Assembly (NCBI GenBank): GCA_001600695.1 | Contig: BCKQ01000014.1 | Location: forward strand, 1 to 46,502 | DNA: 46,502 bases | Direction of reading: 5' to 3' | Origin: Ascoidea asiatica JCM 7603 | Lineage: Eukaryota > Fungi > Ascomycota | Part shown: one piece after another, positions 1 to 13,812 of the stretch | Numbering within the stretch: position 1 is the first letter of the stretch | Layout: each line of letters opens with the position of its first letter | Notes under the pieces: model-generated | The model's database searches: none | What the model was told of the DNA's origin: nothing | The model's input: the letters and a program-made list of their open reading frames with translations, nothing else | Made by a program: the position numbers and the translations under genes

Positions 1-51
1 TCATCCAACATCAACTGTCATCCAACATCAACTGTCATCCAAACATCAACT
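1..51. repeat. 17-bp tandem repeat (TCATCCAACATCAACTG) x3, cut by the window edge
   Basis: Read directly: two perfect units and a third with an extra A. It abuts GH115 coding sequence at position 52. Confidence 0.9.
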
Positions 52-1711
52 GATAATTGCGGTAATATCTGAAGATTACCACTAACCAATGAAACATCGA
101 GAAGTGGAGGTGCCGGTATTTATTATCATTTTGATTATGTTGGAGATCCAAGAAATTATAAATGGATTAATACAATTCAGTTGAGTAGAGTTTGGGAGCA
201 AATGCATTTGGCATATGAAAGAGATCCAAAAAACCTTTGGATTGTTAATGCCGGGGATTTAAAACCACTTGAGATTCCAATTGATTATTTTTTGTCATTA
301 GCATATGATTTTGATAAATGGGGAGAAATAAATCAAGTATTTAATTGCGAAAAATTATGGGCTAAAAGAGAATTTTTCGGTGAGAATTCCATTAAAGAAA
401 ACTCGGAAGAAATTTCAGAAGAAATTGCTGATATTATTGATTTATATGGAAAATATTCATCAAGAAAGAAGTTTGAATTATTAAATGCTACAACATATAA
501 TTGTTGAAGATATTTGGATATCTACAGAAAAAAATAATTTATATGTTAATCAAAGTAGAAATACAGCAAACACATTAGCCACTCATATTTTAGAAAAATT
601 TGATGAGGATTATGGGTGGAAAAAAACATGGAATGAGATTCTAGATGGTAAATGGGAGCATTTAATGGATCAAACACATATTGGATATACATTCTGGCAA
701 CAACCTATGAGAGATAGTTTACCACCCATTGGTTAAGTTAGACTTATTGAGAATTCTTTGGCAGGTAGTATGGGAATTAGTGGAGAAGGTAGCTTAGGGG
801 CGGCACCAGGAGATAATTATTATAATGGAGCTACATATAGTAATGGTACAATAATATTAACTGATTTGGATAGATATTTAATACCAAATAATAGATACAT
901 TGAAATTTATTGTAAAGGTACAGAAGATTATGTTTCAATTGATAATACTTATGGATTTATATCAGCATCAAATGAATATATTAATGATACAAGAGTTTAC
1001 ATTTCTATTGATTGGGATGCAGCACCAAAGGGAGATAATATTGCAACAATTTCAGTGCAAAGCTCAACGGGATATGATTTTTTTTCCAGTCCAGATGTTC
1101 GAATTCCTTTACATAATAATAAAATTGAAGATAAATTAAATGGAAGAAATTTTAGTAATGGATTTATTGAAACATGTGGATATATTTCAATGGAAGCAGA
1201 ACATTTTTCAAGACAAAGAAATAATGAAGAAGCTAAATATTTAATCATTGAAAGATATGGTAGAACACTATCAGGAGTTTCACTATATCCAGTTACAATT
1301 GAAACACAAAGTTTTGCAGATTCAAACAGTGCTGGAAGATTAGAATATGATATTTATTGCTTTGATAATAGTAGTGAATATGGTACTAATATTACAGTTT
1401 ATTCATCACCATCATTAAATATTGATCCTCATAATCCTTTAAAATATGCAATTGGAATTGATGATAAAACCCCTCAAATTGTTAAATTAATTGAGGATAA
1501 CTCTAGTCCAACAAAGATGCCATATAATTGGGATGTAACAGTAAACGATAATATCAATGTTCATACCACAACTCATAACATCACTGAAGCAGGAAAACAT
1601 ACGATTAAATTATGGGCTACAGAAGCTGGAGTGGTGTTTCAAAAAATTGTTGTTGATTTTGGAGGAGTTAAAGGATCTTATCTTGGACCACCAGAAACAT
1701 ACAAAGTTTAG
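52..1711 (+). pseudogene. GH115 alpha-glucuronidase pseudogene (C-terminal part only)
   Basis: GH115 motifs DN.GNI*RLP, SGGAGIYYHFDYVGDPRNYKWINT, WIVNAGDLKPLE, GKWEHLMDQTHIGYTFWQQP and SYLGPPE. Lesions: TGA at 70-72, a frameshift with apparent deletion near 500, in-frame TAA at 734-736, and no 5' half. Confidence 0.9.
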
Positions 1712-2951
1712 ACATTATTTGAAATCGTACAGGTCTTAATTTGAAACTATATGTATATAAGTAATGTTCCTCTCTTTTGTTATTCTTTGTTTCTGTTTTC
1801 TTATGATTTATGATCTATTACGCTTAATTATTTTTATCATTTATATATTTTTTATTTAATATTTTACTTTAATTATTTATAATGTTTTACGCTAACTGCT
1901 ATTACTGCTTCTTGTTAAGTTTACTACTATTTCTTTAACCCCATTTTTGAAATTTCTCCTGCGTGTGGAAATGGTTGTAGAAGTTTTGTCCTGCAAGCCG
2001 ACTTTTTACAGTCGCATGCGCCTCAAGCACTACCACTTTTCTGGGCTCACGCCGGCGTCTGTTTTTTGTATGTGTTTTTGCGTGCGTGCCTTTTCATTCC
2101 TGTAGAGCTCTGTGCACTCCTGTTTCTAGCCCGATTGGTGCTTTTTGCTGTCCCAAGTCAGCGAGTTCCCTGCCTGTGTTTGTATCTGCTGTGTTTGTTG
2201 TGGTTTTTTGTTGTTCTTCTTCTTCGTCTGGCGCTGCTGTTCCTGCTGCTTCTCACAAATCTGTCTCAGGTTTTTCTATTCTTCTATTCTTATCCCAGTT
2301 TTCTTTCCTTCTTTTAATTCTTACAAATATATTTAATCTCCCCCTGATCCCTTTTCAATTTAGATTTACTCTTCTTTTTTTAATTTCTTCAATCCTTTGA
2401 TCAAGGGATTAAAAGATCAATTAATCTCCAAAACATCAAATCAAATGATCAAAATATCCAAAGATTAACAAAATTTCAATACTCTATATCTTATTTATCT
2501 CAAACAATCTTCAATAATTATCACCAACTTTATAAGAAATAGCTCTATTTTATAGTACAAATACACTCTAATTTCATTTAATATTAAAAATTTCAAAAAC
2601 CTCCTTTGAAAGAAGTCAAATTCAATTAAGTAGTTTAATAATAATTTGATAGAAAATAAGTCAAAGAAATATTATTATCAATCAAAATTTAATCAAATAA
2701 AATTTTTCAAATGAAATTTCTTTTTTTTTTCAACTTTAAATTTATATTATACTTTTATTAATCTTAATTATCATTTACTTCCTTATATTTCTATTATATA
2801 TATATACAGTATATATATAGAAATAAAAAAAAAGTAGATATACAGTATTAATTATTAATTAATTGAGTATTCAATTGTTCAACTTCAATTTCATATTCAT
2901 TTTCATTTTCAGTTTTAATAATAGTTTCAATTTTATTTTCTATTTTCAAAA

Positions 2952-5804
2952 ATGTTTAAAGATATCATTCTTTCTTTGATTTATTCAATCATAATAATTC
3001 TATTTGTATTTTATGCTAATTTTTTTTATTTAAAATCAAAAAAATTCAAAAAAGATAAAAAAAAATTTATAATTGATCAAATTGAGAAAACATATTTGGT
3101 TAAATTAAATAACTTAAATAAAGAAATTAATGATTTCAAAACTCAATTAAATAAAAAAAGTAATTTAGTTGATTCAAAAAATATTCAGATAAATTTAATT
3201 AATACTGAATTTCATAATTTACAAAAAATTCATTTGAAACAATTTAACTCTTTGAAAATTCAAATTCAATTATTAGAAAATGATTTAAATTTCAATAAGT
3301 TGAATTTTAATAAATTAGAAAAAAATAATTCTCACTTAAATTCAAAATTAGATCAATTAAATAATACTTTAATAAAATCAAAAGAGAGAATAAATTTCTT
3401 AGAAATAGAATTAGAGAAAAAAATTAAAAAAGAGCAAAAAATAATTCAAGAAATGGATTTTTATAAAAAAAAATATAATAAATATTATATTGATTTAGAA
3501 AATTTAAAACAATCAAAATCTATGAAATATGTATTTTGTAATACGAATTCTTATACAAATCAGGAATATAATTCAAATTCAAATTCAAATTCAAATAATT
3601 CAGTCTTAAATTTAAATAATAATCTTTTAACTACTACTAATGATAATAATAATCCTTTAAATAATAGTAATCTAATAACTAATAATAATAATATCATTAG
3701 TAATAATACTATATCAAATAATTCAAATTCAATAAATATGACCGCAAATAATATTAATATTCATAATGCTATTGGAGATTCAATAATAGCAAATGATTCT
3801 ATTAAAAAAGATTCAAATTCAATCCATTCTCCAATATTAAATTCTCAATCACAATTGCAATCAAAATCAAATCAAAATTTTTATTCGAATTTATTAAACT
3901 CTCCTGCAAGTTTTAATCAAAATAATAGTCAAAATAATAGTAATCTAAATTTAAATTTATTAACTAATACACCTAATAATATATCTCAAGGAAATTATAA
4001 TTTTAATGAATTTAATCCAAATTTAAGAATCAATGATGATGAAAAATTAGATGAATTTAAATATAAATGGTTGTCTGAATTAGAAGATTTAAGAGTATCA
4101 ATAAAGCAAATGAATGAAAGTTTATTAGAAAATGAAATTTTCAATGATGATCCTTTATATAACAATAATTATAATAATAATAATAACAATAATAATGGGA
4201 ATGGTGCAATAAATAATGCTTTGAATAATTTAAATGCAAATTCAAATATTAATATGAATAATGAACTAATGATGAATCAAAGGAGAATTTCTTTATCTCC
4301 AATGAGAAGACATAGAATAATGTCAACGAAATTTGTTACTGAAAATGAAATTAGAAATTTAAAAAATAAATTTAGTACAGAATTTAATGAAACAATTAAA
4401 CCTTTATTTGAAACTCATAATCAAATTATGAATGCAGGTAGCAATAATAGTACAATAATGAATACAACAGTGAATGGTTCGAATGGACAATTACCATTGA
4501 TAACATCAAATATTAATAATAATAGAAACGGAAACAATTTAGCAAATATAAATAATGCACATTTAAAAAGTATAACTTTGATGTCAGGATCTAATAATAC
4601 TTCACCAAATTTATCAGACAATAGCATGGGAAATTATAAAGGGGTTGGATCAGGATCATCAACAAGTACAACACCTTTAGATTCTCCAATTTCATCTTCG
4701 GTTAATTTAGGTAGAAGCGCAAGTGGTAGACAAAAAAAAAGATATTCTTCATTATCCTTATTTGGTAGAAATTCAATAATTATCACAACTCCAACTGAAG
4801 AAAAAGATAAAAGTCGATTTGAATCAAATTCTATTAACAATAATAATAATAATAATAAACTTTCTTCAAATCAAGGTAGTAATAAAATGAGTTCAAGTAA
4901 TGCAAGCAATAATAATAATAATAATAACAATAACAATAACAATAATAATAATAGTAATAATATTCCAATTGTAGAAAATAATGGTAATTTGATGAATTTA
5001 ACCTCAAATGTAAATAAAAATGTGAGTTTTAGTTTGGAGGAAGAAGATGAAATTGAACCAATTCGGGATGATATTAGAATTAGAATGAATAGTAATAATA
5101 GTAGTACTGATGAAGTTACAGGAATGCTGAAAGTTGATAGTATAGATAAGATTCAAAAATCTAATACAATTGATATCAAAGGTAGAAAAAAATTATCATT
5201 AAATACAAAAGCTGGTTTAAATAATGTCTCAAATTTTGTTAATGATAAAAGTATTTCCAATTCAGTTTCGGTAGACTCAATTCCTGTTATTTCAAGAAAT
5301 ACCACTGCACCTATTTTAAGTCATGAGAGAAATTTTGATAATAATAATAATAATAATAATAATAGTAATACTATTATTAATGATGATAATACATTAATCA
5401 AGGATGATATAATACAGATGGAAAAAAAAATTAATTCCACTTTCAATGCAATTATGAAAAGTACATCTAATATAGAAAATCAGAATTCTATTTATTACAA
5501 AAATAATAATGATGATGATGATGACGACAATGTCATAATAACCAATTCACCCTTATATTCTAAATATCCAAAACAAGGAAACGTGAATTATATTCATTCT
5601 GGAAGAAATAATAGAAAAAATAGTTCAGATGATCATAAAAATCGTAAAAATAGTTCGGATAATGATAAAGGATTCATTTATAATCCAAAGACTAGAAATA
5701 CTTATGGTAATAACAACAATAGTCCAATAAAAGAAAACAAACTGAGTTTCAAGAAAAGAATTCAATCATTACATAGAAAAGGTGGAATGAAATCTCCTAA
5801 ATAA
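2952..5804 (+). CDS. Uncharacterised 950-aa protein: N-terminal TM anchor, coiled coil, Asn-rich low-complexity tail
   Basis: Long intact ORF with AAAATG start. Residues ~5-27 are hydrophobic and followed by a Lys patch. Leu heptad-like region at ~45-190, then N/S-rich sequence. Confidence 0.8.
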   Translation: MFKDIILSLIYSIIIILFVFYANFFYLKSKKFKKDKKKFIIDQIEKTYLVKLNNLNKEINDFKTQLNKKSNLVDSKNIQINLINTEFHNLQKIHLKQFNSLKIQIQLLENDLNFNKLNFNKLEKNNSHLNSKLDQLNNTLIKSKERINFLEIELEKKIKKEQKIIQEMDFYKKKYNKYYIDLENLKQSKSMKYVFCNTNSYTNQEYNSNSNSNSNNSVLNLNNNLLTTTNDNNNPLNNSNLITNNNNIISNNTISNNSNSINMTANNINIHNAIGDSIIANDSIKKDSNSIHSPILNSQSQLQSKSNQNFYSNLLNSPASFNQNNSQNNSNLNLNLLTNTPNNISQGNYNFNEFNPNLRINDDEKLDEFKYKWLSELEDLRVSIKQMNESLLENEIFNDDPLYNNNYNNNNNNNNGNGAINNALNNLNANSNINMNNELMMNQRRISLSPMRRHRIMSTKFVTENEIRNLKNKFSTEFNETIKPLFETHNQIMNAGSNNSTIMNTTVNGSNGQLPLITSNINNNRNGNNLANINNAHLKSITLMSGSNNTSPNLSDNSMGNYKGVGSGSSTSTTPLDSPISSSVNLGRSASGRQKKRYSSLSLFGRNSIIITTPTEEKDKSRFESNSINNNNNNNKLSSNQGSNKMSSSNASNNNNNNNNNNNNNNNSNNIPIVENNGNLMNLTSNVNKNVSFSLEEEDEIEPIRDDIRIRMNSNNSSTDEVTGMLKVDSIDKIQKSNTIDIKGRKKLSLNTKAGLNNVSNFVNDKSISNSVSVDSIPVISRNTTAPILSHERNFDNNNNNNNNSNTIINDDNTLIKDDIIQMEKKINSTFNAIMKSTSNIENQNSIYYKNNNDDDDDDNVIITNSPLYSKYPKQGNVNYIHSGRNNRKNSSDDHKNRKNSSDNDKGFIYNPKTRNTYGNNNNSPIKENKLSFKKRIQSLHRKGGMKSPK

Positions 5805-5963
5805 CAAGTTTGAATTTATAAAATGTATCTTAGAGATTGTTTACTAAATAAAATAGTATTAGATACAGTTTAATAATATAGCATAGTAGCACCACTGTAA
5901 TTTAATATTTCATTTTCTTGAAAAGTAAAAAAACAAAAGTAGCGCTATCTTTTGTACTGTCCT

Positions 5964-6180
5964 ATTCTGGGGTAAATATCATAAAAAAGTAGGGCATAAC
6001 ATTTATTGGGACTGAAAACCACGTTCAAGGTCAGATTTTTCACGTGAGCAGCTTGCCTATGAACGCACTTTCACACGCGGGTTGCCCGCGGCGTGCAACT
6101 TGAACAAGGGACCTCAATTGAAGCAGGCTGTTAGCTATTTCTGAGCTTAAACTGTTACTCAAGCTTGAACAGTACTGAAC
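5964..6180 (+). promoter_or_regulatory. GC-enriched upstream region of GLC3 with Mig1/CreA-like CTGGGG and a CACGTG E-box
   Basis: CTGGGG at 5968 with AT-rich flank, CACGTG at 6041, GC-rich inverted repeat at 6076-6090. Confidence 0.4.
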
Positions 6181-6518
6181 TGTACACTATTTGGGTGTCT
6201 GAATTCCATACCGATAACCAGAATCGATAAAGAAGGATAAAGAAGGATCATCAATATCATTTTACTCTTTTTTGTAAATGAAAAATTGAGTCTTTGTTTC
6301 TTTTCAAATATTTAAAGGAATTGAATATTCCTACTGAAATTTTCTTTTCTTTCTTTCTTTATTCTTATTCTCAGTTTTTCTTTTGAATTGTCTTCTTTAC
6401 ATCCGAATTTGCAACTCCATAAACTTTATCTCAGAATTATAATCCTTGATAATTTTCAATATCATTTCAAAAAAAGCTTTTTGAAAATTATATTCCATCA
6501 ATAATTCAATTTATTTAA

Positions 6519-8657
6519 ATGTCTTCTTCCAATTCATCTGAAATTGATTCTCAACCGAAATCTTCAATTCCAAAATCTGTTAAAGGTGCAATAGATTTAG
6601 ATCCATGGTTAGAACCTTTTGCAAATGAATTAGCTAAAAGAAAAGAATCTTTTGTAAAATGGTTAGATTTATTTGATAAAAATGAAAATGGTTTATTGAA
6701 TTTCTCAAACTCTTATAAAATCTATGGTTTCAATATCAATAATAATGATTATTCAATAACTTATAAAGAATGGGCTCCAAATGCTTTAAAATTATCTTTA
6801 ATTGGTGAATTCAATAATTGGGATGAAAATTCTAATATTTTATCAAAAATTGATGATTTTGGGAATTTTGAAATTAAATTATTACCAAAGAATAAAAATT
6901 CAAATGAATTTTTGATTCCTCATGATTCAAAAATTAAACTTAGAATTTGGACAAAAGATGGTCAAATATTTGATAGAATACCACCGTGGATTAAAAGAAC
7001 AACTAAACCAACTTCAAAAACTGATTTAGCTTATGATGCTAGATTTTGGAATCCTAAAATTCCTTACACTTTTAAACATAATAGACCAGCTTTTAATTCA
7101 AATATTGATGGTTTAAAAATTTATGAATGTCATGTTGGTATCTCAACTCCAGACCCCAAAATTGGTTCATATAATGAATTTACTGAAAATCTATTACCAA
7201 GAATTAAAGACTTAGGTTATAATTGTATTCAACTAATGGCAATCATGGAACATGCTTATTATGCTTCTTTTGGTTATCAAATTACCAATTTTTTTGCTAT
7301 ATCCTCAAGATATGGAACCCCAGAGGATTTAAAAAAATTAATTGATACCGCTCATAGTTTGAATATAATTGTTTTATTAGATGTTGTTCATTCTCATGCT
7401 TCAAAAAATGTTTTAGATGGATTGAATAATTTTGACGGTACAGATTATCAATATTTTCATTCAGGTACAAAAGGTAATCATGAATTATGGGACTCAAAAT
7501 TATTCAATTATGGTAAATACGAAGTTTTAAGATTTCTTTTATCGAATTTAAAATTTTATCTTGACGTTTATAAATTCGATGGATTTAGATTTGATGGTGT
7601 TACAAGTATGTTATATATGCATCATGGTGTTGGTGCAGGGGGTGCCTTTTCTGGAAATTATAATGAATATCTTCATGAAAATTCTCAAGTTGATAAAGAA
7701 GCTATAACTTATCTAATGTTAGCAAATGAATTGATTGATCAAGCCTCAAAGTTAGAAAATACTAAATTTATATCAATTGCTGAAGATGTTTCTGGATATC
7801 CAACTTTGTGTCTACCAATTAAAGATGGTGGTATTGGTTTTGATTATAGATTATCAATGGCAATTCCAGATATGTGGATAAAAATAATTAAAGAAAAAAA
7901 AGATGATGAATGGGATATGAGTAGTATTTGTCATACTCTATCAAATAGAAGATATAAAGAAAAATGCATAGCATATTGTGAAAGTCATGATCAAGCTCTA
8001 GTTGGTGATAAAACTTTAGCATTCTGGTTGATGGATGCAGCAATGTATACAGATATGACCATTTTTAAACCAATGAGTGCAATTATTGATAGAGGTTTAT
8101 CTTTACATAAAATGATTAGATTATTAACTCATGGGTTAGGTGGCGAGGGTTATTTGAACTTTGAAGGTAACGAATTTGGCCATCCAGAATGGTTAGATTT
8201 CCCCAGAGTTGGAAATAATGATTCATATCATTACGCAAGAAGACAATTCAATTTAATTGATGATAAAAACTTGAGGTATAAGTTTCTTTATAATTTTGAT
8301 AAGGCTATGCAGCACACTGAATCAAAGTACCATTGGCTTTTGAGTGAACCAGGATATGTATCTTTAAAGCATGAAGTTGATAAAATTATTGTATTTGAGA
8401 GAAATAATCTAATATTTATTTTTAATTTCAATCCTACAATTAGTTTTTCAGATTACAGGATTGGTGTAGAAAATCCTGGTGTTTATAAGATTATTTTGAA
8501 TAGTGATAGAGCTGAAGAATTTGGTGGTCATGACAGAATTGATGAAGAAAAAAGTAAATTTTTTACCACCGATTTTAGATGGAATGATAGGTCGAATTAT
8601 ATTCAAGTTTATATTCCTAATAGAACAGCTATTGTTCTTGCACTTGAAAACTCGTGA
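6519..8657 (+). CDS. GLC3: 1,4-alpha-glucan branching enzyme (GH13_8)
   Basis: [72 protein letters not shown]. Confidence 0.98.
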   Translation: MSSSNSSEIDSQPKSSIPKSVKGAIDLDPWLEPFANELAKRKESFVKWLDLFDKNENGLLNFSNSYKIYGFNINNNDYSITYKEWAPNALKLSLIGEFNNWDENSNILSKIDDFGNFEIKLLPKNKNSNEFLIPHDSKIKLRIWTKDGQIFDRIPPWIKRTTKPTSKTDLAYDARFWNPKIPYTFKHNRPAFNSNIDGLKIYECHVGISTPDPKIGSYNEFTENLLPRIKDLGYNCIQLMAIMEHAYYASFGYQITNFFAISSRYGTPEDLKKLIDTAHSLNIIVLLDVVHSHASKNVLDGLNNFDGTDYQYFHSGTKGNHELWDSKLFNYGKYEVLRFLLSNLKFYLDVYKFDGFRFDGVTSMLYMHHGVGAGGAFSGNYNEYLHENSQVDKEAITYLMLANELIDQASKLENTKFISIAEDVSGYPTLCLPIKDGGIGFDYRLSMAIPDMWIKIIKEKKDDEWDMSSICHTLSNRRYKEKCIAYCESHDQALVGDKTLAFWLMDAAMYTDMTIFKPMSAIIDRGLSLHKMIRLLTHGLGGEGYLNFEGNEFGHPEWLDFPRVGNNDSYHYARRQFNLIDDKNLRYKFLYNFDKAMQHTESKYHWLLSEPGYVSLKHEVDKIIVFERNNLIFIFNFNPTISFSDYRIGVENPGVYKIILNSDRAEEFGGHDRIDEEKSKFFTTDFRWNDRSNYIQVYIPNRTAIVLALENS

Positions 8658-9334
8658 ATGTTGATTTTCCGGATTTTATCATGCAAGGATATTTTTGTGT
8701 TGTTAAACTTTTTTATTTTGGGCAAAATTTCTCAGAATAAACTATTTATATTTTCTCACTTCAATTTTATTATTTCTTTTTATAGCCATTTTTCAAAAAT
8801 TAAAAATTCAGTTATTTCAAAACTATGAATTCAATATCTCTTATAATAAATTATTATATTTCATTTCATTTATGATAAGCTGGTGAATGATCTTTCTAAT
8901 CAACTTTTGTTGTTGATATCTAATAACATACTTTGAACAAATATTAAATTTCATATTAAACTATCAATGGCCAATAGTTTAGCCTGTAGTATGACATACT
9001 TTTTTGGAAAATTGGCCGTTTTGTAGTTCATAAGATAAGTGTTTCAAGCCAAAAAAAAACTGCGACTTGGTATTAATAAAAACCCTGGAATGAAAATAAA
9101 CAAAAATGAATAAAAACAAACTAAAAGAATAAAGGAAAAGATTATATTTTCTCTTTTATATTCTCTAAGAAATGTTTCTCAAATTAGATTTTTAATTTTA
9201 TATTACTTTTATATGTCTCAAAAGTGAAAAAGATTTTTGTTCTAAACTAGAAAATTTCTTACAAAGCTATAGTACCAAATTTTTTTTCAAATATAGAAAA
9301 CTTGAAGCCATTAAATAAAGGAAAAAACAATAAA

Positions 9335-10042
9335 ATGAGCAAAATGTTAACAGAAAAAGAGTTATTTCAACTTTTGCAATTACCAGATACAACAACTGAT
9401 TTAGCTTTAATAGAAAGTCTGCATGCTCAGCTTTTATTAAAAATACATCCTGATAAGGCAAAAACAAAATCCAATGAAAATATTAAGTTATTTAGCAAAT
9501 ACATCCCTGCATATAAAAAACTCCATCAAAAACTAAGTGATTTAGAGGAAGAAACTATCAACCAATGGCAGAGAGAAAAAGCTAAAGAAAAGGAGAATGA
9601 GAAATCTAGTAAGAGCAATAAAAGGGATGTGTTTTCTTCATATGATCCAGAAAAGTTTCTCTTAAATTATTCAGAAACAATTAAAAAACAAGATTTCAAA
9701 ATTTGCACGACAAAACAATATTTAAAATATTACTCTCAGCAAGTTAATTATCCTATATTTCCAATCATGGATCAAGACTTGTTAAAACTTGAGACTCGAA
9801 TTTTGGTACTACCATTTCAAGTAATAAGACAATGCAGTCAAATGGAGATAAGCCAATCTCTGATCTCAATTGATTATGTAATAGACAATAAATCCTATAG
9901 CTATAAATTGAATTTAAATGAGCTTACAGGTTCAAACCTCTTTAATTCAATAATTTATAAGCATTCAAAACTTCCAGATTCAAATAGTACAGTCATTGAA
10001 CATGCATTCATCATTTTGAAGCCTATAGTTGAAGCCAGTTAA
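9335..10042 (+). CDS. Divergent J-domain (Hsp40-like) protein
   Basis: N-terminal LFQLLQL...LLLKIHPDK...FSKYIPAYKKL fits J-domain helices with the HPD motif. ATG at 9335 is preferred to the TTG at 9302. Confidence 0.65.
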   Translation: MSKMLTEKELFQLLQLPDTTTDLALIESLHAQLLLKIHPDKAKTKSNENIKLFSKYIPAYKKLHQKLSDLEEETINQWQREKAKEKENEKSSKSNKRDVFSSYDPEKFLLNYSETIKKQDFKICTTKQYLKYYSQQVNYPIFPIMDQDLLKLETRILVLPFQVIRQCSQMEISQSLISIDYVIDNKSYSYKLNLNELTGSNLFNSIIYKHSKLPDSNSTVIEHAFIILKPIVEAS

Positions 10043-10556
10043 GTAAAATTGTTAAATAAGTCAATTCTGCTGAGATTACAAAAGAGCGATTCTAATACCA
10101 ATGTTGGAGCCAAAAAAAAAAAATTAAAAGCGATAGATTACTCAAATTGAATTTTATAAGTTGACATATGCTTTGAAAAAGAAAGAAAGAGCATTTTTGG
10201 AATTCAGGTCAAGCTTGCGGGAGCTATAATCAAAATCTAAAATCAATACAAACAACAATATATAAGACCTTTGGGTGTTTATACGATTTCTGTAATTATT
10301 TTAATAAATGTAATATTTGAAGAAGTTATATTAGAAAATAAATGTAATACTTGAAACAAACTAGATTCAGTACCTAATGGGGAAATGTAAAGGATACAAT
10401 ATTGGCTAAAATGAACTTTGACCATGGATACTCTTTCATAATTAGTTTTTTACAGTTTGGCAGTATTTACGATGAAAATTATCCTTCAGAGTACAATTCA
10501 ATACTGTCATACTATATGTCACCATTCAAATCCTCTGACAGGAATCTCATCAATGG

Positions 10557-13142
<2,586 letters not shown>

Positions 13143-13742
13143 TGAAGAAATCAAGATGTATTTGTAACTTATAATTTATTTTTGTCTTATTTTGACAATA
13201 TGCTTTATCAGTCTATAAAAATCAGGTCGTAGAATGATTAGAGGTAAATATCAATTCCTATTAAAAGCTCTTTAATTGCTTAATTATTAAAAAGCTAAAG
13301 TTAATATAAATCAATAATAATTTGGCTGATAATGTTAGAAAACTAGGAAATAATTATCTATAAATATATTGCTGACTTTATTGATGGAAAGGATTGTTTT
13401 AAGTCATTTATAAAATAGAAATAAATGAAATAATCTTTAGAATAAAAACAGGTTACTAAAATCAATCATTTAATTTTAATTTAATTCCAATTTAGTTTCA
13501 ATCTAGGTTTAACTTAGTTCTAATTTAATTGATAAAAGTGTCTAAGAGTTTTGCATTTTCTGTGTTCTTGACGAGAGATTGAACTAACTTAAAAAGTTGA
13601 ATGGAATTCCAAGAAGCTGATTTGCTAAAAAATAAAAAAGTTTAATAGATATTGCTAATTTACCTTAATTTTAGAAAGCAATATCACTAAAGAAAACTTG
13701 GGGGCCTGGGAATATAATCATACGATTCAGTACTCCAGATTG

Positions 13743-13812
13743 TTATGCCGTTATGTTGTTATGCCCTTAAAAATTATGCTCTTATGCTAAGCAAAAATTT
13801 ATGGTGGTTATG
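13743..13812. repeat. Array of seven TTATG motifs, mostly 8-9 bp apart
   Basis: TTATG at 13743, 13751, 13759, 13774, 13782, 13799 and 13808. Confidence 0.75.

Noticed and set aside
2066-2400. Three overlapping hydrophobic/Cys-rich short ORFs
   Set aside because: They arise from a T/C-skewed, GC-richer promoter-like stretch that is open in all frames. No ATG starts and no motifs.
2391-2410. Near-perfect palindrome AATCCTTTGATCAAGGGATT
   Set aside because: Isolated, with no supporting context; could be chance.
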